This document shows positions 23,770-31,000 of a stretch of DNA of 31,000 nt, piece after piece. The notes beneath the pieces were generated by a model. That model did not search any database. It was not told the DNA's origin and worked only from the letters and a program-made list of their open reading frames with translations. The translations under genes were made by a program, and so were the position numbers. Within the stretch, counting starts at the first letter, position 1. Each line of letters begins with the position of its first letter. Location of the stretch: positions 1-31,000 of IMG/VR virus record IMGVR_UViG_3300044477_000109. One strand, 5' to 3'. The DNA comes from a virus (taxonomy: Duplodnaviria; Caudoviricetes).

Positions 23770-25569
23770 TTACTGAGCCGCGCCCAGAGGGGCGGCCTGT
23801 GGACTTACCGGGGCCGGAGCCACCGGGCCGGGCTGGGGAGCGGGAGCCGGGACCGCTTGCGGGAGCGGAGGCGTTGCCGCATCCGTTTCCGCTTGTATTT
23901 TGTCAATGAGCTTTTTCAGGTTTTTAAGATATTCTTTGTTCGACTCGTCCGCCGAGAGCCGGAGATACCAGCGCACCGCCTCGGTAAACAGCATGTCGAG
24001 CGAAACGATAGGCGCGAAATCGACTTCACCGTCCTCGGCCGCTCGCTCAATGACCGTTTGAATGTAGTCATAGCTTGCAGTCGTCGCCGAATAGGCAGTT
24101 TCAAGATCGGGCATTTCAAGGAGTTGCGGAAGTATGGGGTTGAGATTGATTCCCATGGCTTGCAGTTTCTGAATCTGATCAAGCTTCGTTGCCGGGTCTT
24201 TCGAGAGCGAGGAGCCCGCCGAGAACTGGATTCTGAATAGGTCTTTTTGCTTCTTTACGTCCGACCATTTTATCGACGCGCGGCCCATGATCGGGGGCAG
24301 TATATCCGCATTCTTCGGGAATACCTCGACCGCGATTTCGGCCAGCTCGACAAAGCCATGAATGTACGCCTGCACTGTAACGTTGTGCCGCTCGCTCTCT
24401 ACGTCCTCTAGCGTTTGCAACGCCACGCCCGAGCTAATCCCGGCAGGCTTCTTCGACTGAGCGGAAAGCTGAGAGACGCCGCCGAACTCGTAAGCCTTTT
24501 GAATATAGCTATCGAGTAGTTGCGGGAACATGGGCGATATGGGGGCCGGGGTTGCGACGACAGGCATCCCGCCCTCGGGGCCGGGCATGTACTCGACGAT
24601 TAGCCCGGCCTCGTTTGTCATCATCGTGGGTTTGCCATCGGCGCCGGCAGGCGTGAACACGGTATTGAATGGCGATTGACGCATGGCCTGATCGATACGC
24701 ATCTCTATCTCGTCAATCTGTACCTGGATTGTATAGAGGTCATCGGCCAGGCATGTGGTAGACCATCCGGTAATCGGGGCGTTCCACCACATAGCAGTGA
24801 ACGGGAGGCGGGTATAGTCGATTTTCTTCTTGTAGATTATCTGTTTGTTATAGACATAGTATTTTGTCTTCGCGATGAGATCATAATAAACGATCCACTC
24901 GCCGCGCAGCGTCCGGGGATTTGCTACGGCGGAAACATCGAAATCGGCGTCGGGAAATTGCGCCTTCGCTAGCGCGAACGGGTATTCTTTCCGCCACCGC
25001 ATGCCATAAGTGCACTTGCGAATACCGCCATTATTCGCCTCGTAGGGGTCAACGAATAGCTCCCAATGCGGAACGGGCTCAACGGTCAATTGATCTTCGT
25101 CAACCCACCAATGCCCGCCGTCGAAAAGCAAAGCAGAGCGGGCAACTTCGGGCGCTCGCTCGTAGACTTTTTGGGTGTCGAAGAAAGCATCAAAGAACTT
25201 TTGCGCGGCGCGGGTAGCCTTGATCGTTTGGTAATCGCCCTGGACAGCATCGAAGAACGGCCGCACTCGGGCCTGACTGAGCTTCGAGAGGATTGTATCA
25301 GTTACGGACTTAATAACATTCAGCTTCGTTTGCAAGCTGGAATCGTCGAACATCGCCCGGTTATAGCCGAGCGATTGATAGGCCGCCGTCCAGATAGTCG
25401 CGCGGGCATCAGCAGGCCCATGGCCATTGTTGAAAAACCGATTATAGTTTCGGTTGTACTTTGCATCGCGAGAGGACGAGTAGCCCCATAGCTTGCCTAT
25501 GTTTTCCTGTACTTCTTTCTCTTCGGCAGGCGTCCATTTCTCGGACGGCTCATCCATGGGCTTCACCAT
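23770..25569 (-). CDS. Portal protein
   Basis: 599 aa; LNVIKSVTDT, GVSQLSAQ...SGVALQTLED and a Pro-rich tail; follows the terminase. Confidence 0.85.
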   Translation of the reverse strand: MVKPMDEPSEKWTPAEEKEVQENIGKLWGYSSSRDAKYNRNYNRFFNNGHGPADARATIWTAAYQSLGYNRAMFDDSSLQTKLNVIKSVTDTILSKLSQARVRPFFDAVQGDYQTIKATRAAQKFFDAFFDTQKVYERAPEVARSALLFDGGHWWVDEDQLTVEPVPHWELFVDPYEANNGGIRKCTYGMRWRKEYPFALAKAQFPDADFDVSAVANPRTLRGEWIVYYDLIAKTKYYVYNKQIIYKKKIDYTRLPFTAMWWNAPITGWSTTCLADDLYTIQVQIDEIEMRIDQAMRQSPFNTVFTPAGADGKPTMMTNEAGLIVEYMPGPEGGMPVVATPAPISPMFPQLLDSYIQKAYEFGGVSQLSAQSKKPAGISSGVALQTLEDVESERHNVTVQAYIHGFVELAEIAVEVFPKNADILPPIMGRASIKWSDVKKQKDLFRIQFSAGSSLSKDPATKLDQIQKLQAMGINLNPILPQLLEMPDLETAYSATTASYDYIQTVIERAAEDGEVDFAPIVSLDMLFTEAVRWYLRLSADESNKEYLKNLKKLIDKIQAETDAATPPLPQAVPAPAPQPGPVAPAPVSPQAAPLGAAQ

Positions 25570-25877
25570 CCCGGCCCCCGCTTCTCCCCCGCACTACCTG
25601 AGATAATCACCGTTGCTCCATTAAGGAATGATACCTCGATATGCTTGTCCTGGGGGCAGGTCTGCACAAAGCGCCGGAGCATGGTATCAGTCATATCAGA
25701 CTGCGACAAAACAGCGCCGACCATTTCAGCCTGACGCTTCTCGGGGAGGGCGTTGAATAGATCCTTAATTTCTTTGCGTGTCGCCGCTTCGATAGTCACT
25801 CGGCGCTCTGCCGCTTCGGCGACTCTTATTTCATCTCGCGCTCGGAGATAGGCCCTCAAGAATCGGAATTGCGGCAT
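25563..25877 (-). CDS. Hypothetical protein, first gene of the head operon
   Basis: ORF coupled to the portal; ATG at 25877 (GTG at 25883 is the alternative). Confidence 0.7.
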   Translation of the reverse strand: MPQFRFLRAYLRARDEIRVAEAAERRVTIEAATRKEIKDLFNALPEKRQAEMVGAVLSQSDMTDTMLRRFVQTCPQDKHIEVSFLNGATVIISGSAGEKRGPGW

Positions 25878-25883
25878 GTCCAC

Positions 25884-25934
25884 ATAATCATACGTGTATA
25901 CTTTTTTGTCAAGCGTATGTGTCTATTGTAATAC
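25884..25934 (-). promoter_or_regulatory. Head operon promoter with upstream box
   Basis: TTGACA-17-GATTAT; TATTGTAATAC at 25924-25934. Confidence 0.55.
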
Positions 25935-25942
25935 ACTTAAAT

Positions 25943-25976
25943 AAAAAGCCCGCCCCGCGACGAGCGTAGGACGGGC
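25943..25976 (-). terminator. Intrinsic terminator after the terminase operon
   Basis: GCCCGTCC...GGGCGGGC stem followed by TTTTT. Confidence 0.75.
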
Positions 25977-26142
25977 AGACGAAAGGAACCACGGGGGAAG
26001 CCATGGATACATTCAAGCTACTTCGGTTTGGCCTGTTTGTCAACATGCGGCTTTAGATACTCATCAAGCTCGGCCATTGCGGCGTCAAAGTCGCTCGGCT
26101 TGAATAACTGCGAGGGCTCGCCGGTTAGGACGGGGAGCCAGT

Positions 26143-27513
26143 CTATAGCAAGCCTCCTACCCAAATAGACCGCATGGCATAGAGTATAGCATCCATTATG
26201 TCAGGGTGAAAGGCCTTGTCGTCAATGTCGCGCACTATCTCGCCCGTATCGGGGTCTTTAGTCCACACGATAGCCTCGGACTCTTGCGCGAAAGCTCCGG
26301 CTGCCGGGACGATAAATAGGCCAGATTTAACCTCGTCTTGCAGTAATTCGATTGCCGCCAGCTTGTCGCGCTTGTAGGCCGGGCGAATAGGCAAGTGATG
26401 GATCATGCGGAGGTCGTAGATCATCTTCTTTCCGCCCGCGCCCGTGTCGCCATAAATAAAGCATGACCAGGAACAGCCAAGGGATAGGGCTAGCTTTTCG
26501 GTTGACGCCAGGCCCGAACCTATCGCGGTTGCAAGCTCTGCGAGGCCAGTACGCCGCGCCTTGTATTCGTATATCAAATATCGGTGCTTCAACAACGCGG
26601 CAAGCTCCGGGGCTACGGCGATCCTGGGCTTCGGGCAGTAGGCGACTATCGCAAAGCCGTCAGCGTCATCGAAGCCAATATCTAGCCCGGCGACAAAGCG
26701 CACATTGCCAGCGCCTACCTTGCCTGCCCATTCGGCAAAATCATTGCCAGCATGGAACCCCTCAGGCGGGAAGGGGAACACTAACAGCCCATCATCATCT
26801 GCATACTCGCCAAGATAAAACCGGCGCCGCATGGACTCCGGGGCATGAGCAAGCGAGCGGATATAGTCCTCGTCTATGTTTGCCTTATTGCCGTCCGGGT
26901 TTAGCTGATAATGGGCGTAATTCTCAGGGTTATCTATCGCAACGCGAGAACCCGGCTTTGATCGTACCGGGTCTTCGAGCTTGATATGCTCTTTGAATGT
27001 CCAATGGGCTTTAGTCGTCGGGTTAAGGTCGGCAAGCTCTCGCGCCTGGCATCCTGGCACCTTTTGGGCTAGGCGTGTGCGTACTTTCCAGTTGGTCAAA
27101 TAGGGTATCTGGCTGGCCTCGTTTGCGTAGGTCGTCGCGTATTCCTTGCCTAGCACCGCGTCGGCGTTGCGCGTATCATCGACACCAGAAACCCATATTT
27201 CTGAATGGTTCGGGAAAAAGAGTATATGCCGCGTCTCGTTAAACTTAAGCCGAGAGCCTAGCCCGCTAAACTGCTCAATGACCTTCGGAAGCGTTTCGAG
27301 CCATATCGAGCTAACTACGTCGGTTAGGTGTAGGCGGTAGATTAAATGCCTCGAGCCCCCGTAAATGAGGGCTCGAAGGACAATGACGTAGACAAGTAGG
27401 AAGGTTTTACCCGAACGTGATCCGCCGTAAAGGAGCGTGTGCCGCTTGCCCTGCTGGATGACCTTTAGGGCTTTCTGCTGATCATCGGTTAGGCGGATCG
27501 AGCATTCAATCAT
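26143..27513 (-). CDS. terL: Terminase large subunit
   Basis: Walker A YGGSRSGKT, Walker B-like YANEASQI, DLNP, nuclease GLDIGFDD and HPDIMDAILYA. Confidence 0.93.
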   Translation of the reverse strand: MIECSIRLTDDQQKALKVIQQGKRHTLLYGGSRSGKTFLLVYVIVLRALIYGGSRHLIYRLHLTDVVSSIWLETLPKVIEQFSGLGSRLKFNETRHILFFPNHSEIWVSGVDDTRNADAVLGKEYATTYANEASQIPYLTNWKVRTRLAQKVPGCQARELADLNPTTKAHWTFKEHIKLEDPVRSKPGSRVAIDNPENYAHYQLNPDGNKANIDEDYIRSLAHAPESMRRRFYLGEYADDDGLLVFPFPPEGFHAGNDFAEWAGKVGAGNVRFVAGLDIGFDDADGFAIVAYCPKPRIAVAPELAALLKHRYLIYEYKARRTGLAELATAIGSGLASTEKLALSLGCSWSCFIYGDTGAGGKKMIYDLRMIHHLPIRPAYKRDKLAAIELLQDEVKSGLFIVPAAGAFAQESEAIVWTKDPDTGEIVRDIDDKAFHPDIMDAILYAMRSIWVGGLL

Positions 27514-27802
27514 TCGACGCGGAAGGCGGCCCTATGACGTTCCATATCTCGACGGACTCGCGCTCGGTCTCGCGGGCGTAGGCATCCCCGAAGCGGCAAC
27601 GCTCATCGGCGCAATGCGTCCGATACAGGCCGTGGTTATCAAGCCCGGTCTTAGCCTTGGAGCCGCACACGGGGCAATCTCGCGCCTCAGGGAGCGGGGC
27701 TTCCTCAACCTTGACAGTCGGGGCCTGGCTACCGGGCTCCTCGGCTGATCCTTCGGGGCCGGTCTCGTCTACCTGATCGGGATTCTTTCTCGGTCTACCC
27801 AT
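27506..27802 (-). CDS. Zinc-ribbon protein, Lar-like
   Basis: CPVCGSKA...C....C...ESVEIWN; GGAGG RBS. Confidence 0.6.
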   Translation of the reverse strand: MGRPRKNPDQVDETGPEGSAEEPGSQAPTVKVEEAPLPEARDCPVCGSKAKTGLDNHGLYRTHCADERCRFGDAYARETERESVEIWNVIGPPSASND

Positions 27803-27811
27803 GCTCGCCTC

Positions 27812-28264
27812 CTATGCGAAAATGCCTTTATGCGTCGGCTCGGGTATCGCCTGGGTCGCGCCTAGCTGGGCCATGCGCTTAACCATGGGGTGAGCCGTCT
27901 GATAGTACCATTCTCCGTCATCTTCGTGCTTTTTGATAGCCCCTAGTTTGACCATAGCTGCCTGGATAAGCTCGACGCCATCTAGGGCAGGATCAGCATT
28001 TCCGAACTCTAGGCCCTTGCCGTCCGGGGTCGGAACCGTAAAGTAGCGGAAGTCGGTACGGGGCCAATGAGAAAAGAAATCATGAGCCACGCGCTCGGGC
28101 TCCTTAGGGGCCAGGAAAGAAGCCTGTACGGCCTCCGCTTGCTCCTCGGTAAGCTCAAGCGTCAAAGGACGGCCTAAGGCCTCAGCCGCCTTCTCGGGGT
28201 CGGCCTGGGTCTTGAGCGTCCAGTAGGTTTTCAGGAAGTGGGTGAAGTTGCGGAAGGCTTTCAT
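27812..28264 (-). CDS. Hypothetical protein
   Basis: 150 aa; ATGA-coupled; GAGG RBS. Confidence 0.75.
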   Translation of the reverse strand: MKAFRNFTHFLKTYWTLKTQADPEKAAEALGRPLTLELTEEQAEAVQASFLAPKEPERVAHDFFSHWPRTDFRYFTVPTPDGKGLEFGNADPALDGVELIQAAMVKLGAIKKHEDDGEWYYQTAHPMVKRMAQLGATQAIPEPTHKGIFA

Positions 28265-28626
28265 TTCGCGGCCTCTTTCGCTACCTCGCGCATATTCGAA
28301 ACGGCCTGATTTTTGGTATCAGCTACCTCTTGCGCATGCTCGTCCGCCGCCTGTTGCATGATGCGCTTAAACATAACCATGTCGGGCGAGCCGGGGCGCA
28401 AGTCCATGGCGTAATCGGCTATCTTGCGCCGTTCGCCTTTGGGCATCGTGTAATAGGTCTTCCCGCCCTGGATAAAGAGCGTACCGCCAGCCGCCGTGCC
28501 CAGGGCCTTCGGGTCTTCCGCCCGCTTTTGTGCCACGTGGAACCGGAGCATGTCAAAGCCAATAATAGCCGCCGCGATTAGGGCAACGCCTAAAAGGCAA
28601 AGATAAAACATTCCGAGTCCGTTCAT
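28261..28626 (-). CDS. Membrane-anchored hypothetical protein
   Basis: N-terminal TM; ATGA-coupled to terS. Confidence 0.75.
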   Translation of the reverse strand: MNGLGMFYLCLLGVALIAAAIIGFDMLRFHVAQKRAEDPKALGTAAGGTLFIQGGKTYYTMPKGERRKIADYAMDLRPGSPDMVMFKRIMQQAADEHAQEVADTKNQAVSNMREVAKEAAK

Positions 28627-29099
28627 AATCCCTCCGTGTCGTGCGTGACTTTTATCTCTAGCGGCTTCCCGAGGTTAACGTCTATATCCTGCTTATCCCG
28701 CCACTTCTCGGGCCTGCGATTCTTTAGCCAGAATATCTGCGCGGTAACATCGGGCGGGCAATGCTCCTTGATCGGCACGCGCTCCCAGTGTGACCCCTCG
28801 TCCTTGCCATCGGATACCGTGACTATCTTCTCCGAGTCGAACGTATAGCCAGTCGCGCGAGTGAAAAGGCTTTTCTCTACCAGGTCGTCGGGGGCTTCCT
28901 TGCCCTCCTTTAGGGACTCGGAAAACTCTGGATGGACATGTTTCCATTCCTGGATAGTATCGATATGGATATCAAGCTTTTCGGCTATCTGGGCCTCGGT
29001 CATGCCACATCGGGCCATATATTCGACGGTTAGGCAGTATTCGGGCTTGTATTTTGTCGGCCTTCCTCCGGCATGCTTAGGCTTTGCTTCGTCGCTCAT
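28623..29099 (-). CDS. terS: Terminase small subunit
   Basis: GGRPTKYKPEY, an HTH, and PPDVTAQIFWLKNRRPEKWRDK. Confidence 0.88.
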   Translation of the reverse strand: MSDEAKPKHAGGRPTKYKPEYCLTVEYMARCGMTEAQIAEKLDIHIDTIQEWKHVHPEFSESLKEGKEAPDDLVEKSLFTRATGYTFDSEKIVTVSDGKDEGSHWERVPIKEHCPPDVTAQIFWLKNRRPEKWRDKQDIDVNLGKPLEIKVTHDTEGL

Positions 29100-29293
29100 G
29101 CTCTATCCTCTGGCTTCCGCCAATGCAGGGCGCAGGGCCTAGGCGGAATCGGGCTAGTCTTTATTGGGTGATATTCAACAGCCCCTCCGGGCATATTGCA
29201 AGCTAGTTTAAACTCTTCTAGCCATGCTTTTAATTCTCTGCGAGTCATTTGCCGATAATTTGGCGAAAGTGAACGAATCAAAGCCATGCTCAT
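29096..29293 (-). CDS. Hypothetical protein
   Basis: ATG at 29293 just after the rep stop; ATGA-coupled to terS. Confidence 0.55.
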   Translation of the reverse strand: MSMALIRSLSPNYRQMTRRELKAWLEEFKLACNMPGGAVEYHPIKTSPIPPRPCALHWRKPEDRA

Positions 29294-29297
29294 GTGA

Positions 29298-30338
29298 TTA
29301 TAATACCCCCGCTTCGTCTGTTTTGGCAAGGGCTGGAAGCGGCTCGGGCCTCAACCTGTTTCGCAATGCTTCAAGGCCAGCCGCGTAGTCTTCAGCGCTC
29401 ATGGCTTCTTCCGCAGATTCCGCGTTGTCTTGCGCGATCCTCTCGGGTGTAGTTGCGTCGGGCCGGTCGTCAAGGGCTCCGCCTCTCTCTGGCTTTTGCC
29501 ATGCGGGGGCCTTGATCCTAAACGTCCCGAAGGGGTTTGCCTCGCTGATGAACTTCTCGACGCCTCCCCGGATGAATCCCGCGAAGCTCTGATATGGCGA
29601 CTTTATTTCATGCTCAGGGCTCGCCTTGACTTGCTCGTAGTTTTCGATGGCTTGGAGAATATCCGCATCCGAGTATGCCGACATTATTCTCAAGCAATCG
29701 CTCCGATCCTCCTCTCGGAAGGTTAAGGCATTCAGGCGGCATGGAGGGCCTATCTGTGGGGCCTTGGCGTTCCAAAGGCTCCGGGCTAACTCGATCCTTG
29801 CGCAGCCGTCCCGAGCGTTCTCTGGATTTTGTTGCAATCTTGGCGGAATAAAAACAGGCTCTTCTTCTTCTTTTTTTGGTTGTGGAGATATTGATACTGG
29901 TGAAGATGAAGATGGAGATGGAGATGGAGATGGAGATGAAGAGTATTCAATCGGTATCGATTCCGTATGCCCGTCCGTATTACCACTGTTATACGCCGGT
30001 GTTACGTCCGTATTACTATCCTTATTCCACCGTTTATTAATGTTCGCCTTGGCTGAGTCCGATCTTGCCTTAGCCGCCTTTAATTCCTCATCGGCTCTTT
30101 TGTTTTTATAGTTGCCATCCTCGAGTATGAAAAAGGATTCAAGAATATTTTTAGTCATCTCGATATCGGCTCTGGCTACCATTGCAAGCCTTTTTACATC
30201 AGCGCCCATTTCTCCTTTTTTCTGCCAGTAGTGCATGAGTAAAAGGAAATACACCCCGTGTTCTTCGGCTGTTAGAGCCTGGGTATCGCGTAGATAGTCG
30301 CCGATATAAATCGGCATCCAAATGTCTACCTGAGCCAT
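29298..30338 (-). CDS. Replication initiator, DUF1376/YdaU family
   Basis: WMPIYIGDYLRDTQALTAEEHGVYFLLLMHYW N-terminus, NKRADEE and an SPSPSP linker. Confidence 0.88.
   Translation of the reverse strand: MAQVDIWMPIYIGDYLRDTQALTAEEHGVYFLLLMHYWQKKGEMGADVKRLAMVARADIEMTKNILESFFILEDGNYKNKRADEELKAAKARSDSAKANINKRWNKDSNTDVTPAYNSGNTDGHTESIPIEYSSSPSPSPSPSSSSPVSISPQPKKEEEEPVFIPPRLQQNPENARDGCARIELARSLWNAKAPQIGPPCRLNALTFREEDRSDCLRIMSAYSDADILQAIENYEQVKASPEHEIKSPYQSFAGFIRGGVEKFISEANPFGTFRIKAPAWQKPERGGALDDRPDATTPERIAQDNAESAEEAMSAEDYAAGLEALRNRLRPEPLPALAKTDEAGVL
29860..30030. other. Putative origin of replication inside the rep gene
   Basis: GTAT-core repeats at about 11-bp spacing, CGTCCGTATTAC twice, and an adjacent T-rich strand-biased tract. 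Confidence 0.6.
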
Positions 30339-30480
30339 GCTGTACGTCCTAAAAAGAAAAGCCGCCTACGATACGCCCCGGCAGGGGTTAGGAGTGTAGC
30401 GGCACTCCTCGTATCGTAAACGGCTCTTAGATTATGCCCCCGCTACGGCGCATTGTCGACTGTCTGCCGGTCAGTCAACG
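30339..30480 (-). ncRNA. Structured leader / attenuator of rep (C4/CI-like)
   Basis: Two 5' hairpins whose loops are complementary to two loops of a downstream three-way junction that ends in TTTTCTTTTT. Confidence 0.75.
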
Positions 30481-30485
30481 AGAGA

Positions 30486-30514
30486 ATTATATGCCTAAGC
30501 GTGCCTGCGGTCAA
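30486..30514 (-). promoter_or_regulatory. Promoter for rep
   Basis: TTGACC-17-TATAAT. Confidence 0.85.
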
Positions 30515-30533
30515 GCCAGCTCGCGAAGGCTGA

Positions 30534-30788
30534 TTATCCCCATGGGCTAGATCGCTTGCGTTGGATTTCCTGTGTAAGCTTCACGGCCCCGAAATCCCAT
30601 GCGTACTTGGTTTTATAGAAATCAGTCCCGTCGACATGGAGAACCATCGTTCGAGCGGCCGAGGTGCCGGGCTCTATACCGTGAACAGTTTTCAGGTGTT
30701 CAAGAGCCTGATCCTTCGACATTTCGGGGTACGGCTCGCCACATGTTTCGCAGTAGAAAACGTTGAACTCTTTATCGCCTTTTGACAT
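30534..30788 (-). CDS. C2H2-like zinc-finger protein
   Basis: CETC...EHLKTVH; GGAGG RBS. Confidence 0.7.
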   Translation of the reverse strand: MSKGDKEFNVFYCETCGEPYPEMSKDQALEHLKTVHGIEPGTSAARTMVLHVDGTDFYKTKYAWDFGAVKLTQEIQRKRSSPWG

Positions 30789-30996
30789 TTTGTCCCTCCA
30801 TCCAGTATTCTGCGACGTGTGCCCCGGATTGCACTTTGACGATGCGCTTCTCGATCTTGTAGCCCTTGCGCTTTAGGTCGTAGATCCTCGCCCCTAGCCG
30901 CATGGAGCCCACGCGAAGGAAAACCGTATAGGGTGTCAGCCTGTCGCCCCGGCGTAGCATCTCTAGGATGCGGGCCTCTTGCGTTGCGGTTGTCAT
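30772..30996 (-). CDS. Winged HTH protein (HTH_39-like)
   Basis: QEARILEMLRRGDRLT...RLGARIYDLKRKGYKI...VAEY. Confidence 0.8.
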   Translation of the reverse strand: MTTATQEARILEMLRRGDRLTPYTVFLRVGSMRLGARIYDLKRKGYKIEKRIVKVQSGAHVAEYWMEGQNVKRR

Positions 30997-31000
30997 GGTT
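30880..31000. repeat. Terminal direct repeat, right copy
   Basis: Identical to 1-121. Confidence 0.97.

Noticed and set aside
29905-29940. (GATGGA)n tandem repeat as a phase-variation tract
   Set aside because: An in-frame hexamer encoding the Ser-Pro linker common in phage initiators; length changes would not shift the frame
1-31000. Stop-codon reassignment
   Set aside because: Genes are intact under the standard code, and TAA, TAG and TGA all terminate well-supported genes

Overview
The window is an apparently complete ~30.9 kb circular or circularly permuted dsDNA phage genome: bases 1-121 are identical to 30880-31000. It has a podovirus-like layout with no tape-measure gene. The minus strand carries, in order, a DUF1376/YdaU-type replication initiator with internal iterons, small and large terminase, portal, scaffold, major capsid, adaptor, nozzle, probable ejection proteins and a tail fibre. 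It also carries an early region with an ERF annealing protein, YqaJ exonuclease, HNH and VRR-NUC nucleases, an ASCH-like protein and a secreted lytic transglycosylase. A plus-strand lysis cassette encodes an M15 peptidase, a holin and two almost fully overlapping spanin-like genes. I recognise no integrase, CI-type repressor, ParA, helicase or polymerase. The host is probably diderm. The most unusual features are three structured RNAs and two protein-level patterns. The RNAs are a type II hammerhead ribozyme (7465-7516), a 142-nt tRNA-mimic with a pseudoknot in place of the anticodon arm (5668-5809), and a two-state C4/CI-like attenuator leader on the replication gene (30339-30480). The protein-level patterns are a separately promoted lipoprotein whose C-terminal domain is a paralog of the small protein encoded right after the tail fibre, and a set of accessory genes sharing DNA-level junction repeats. 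A recurring TATTRYAATAC box sits at most promoters, and three late promoters appear to give leaderless mRNAs. All family calls come from motif recognition by eye, not database searches.
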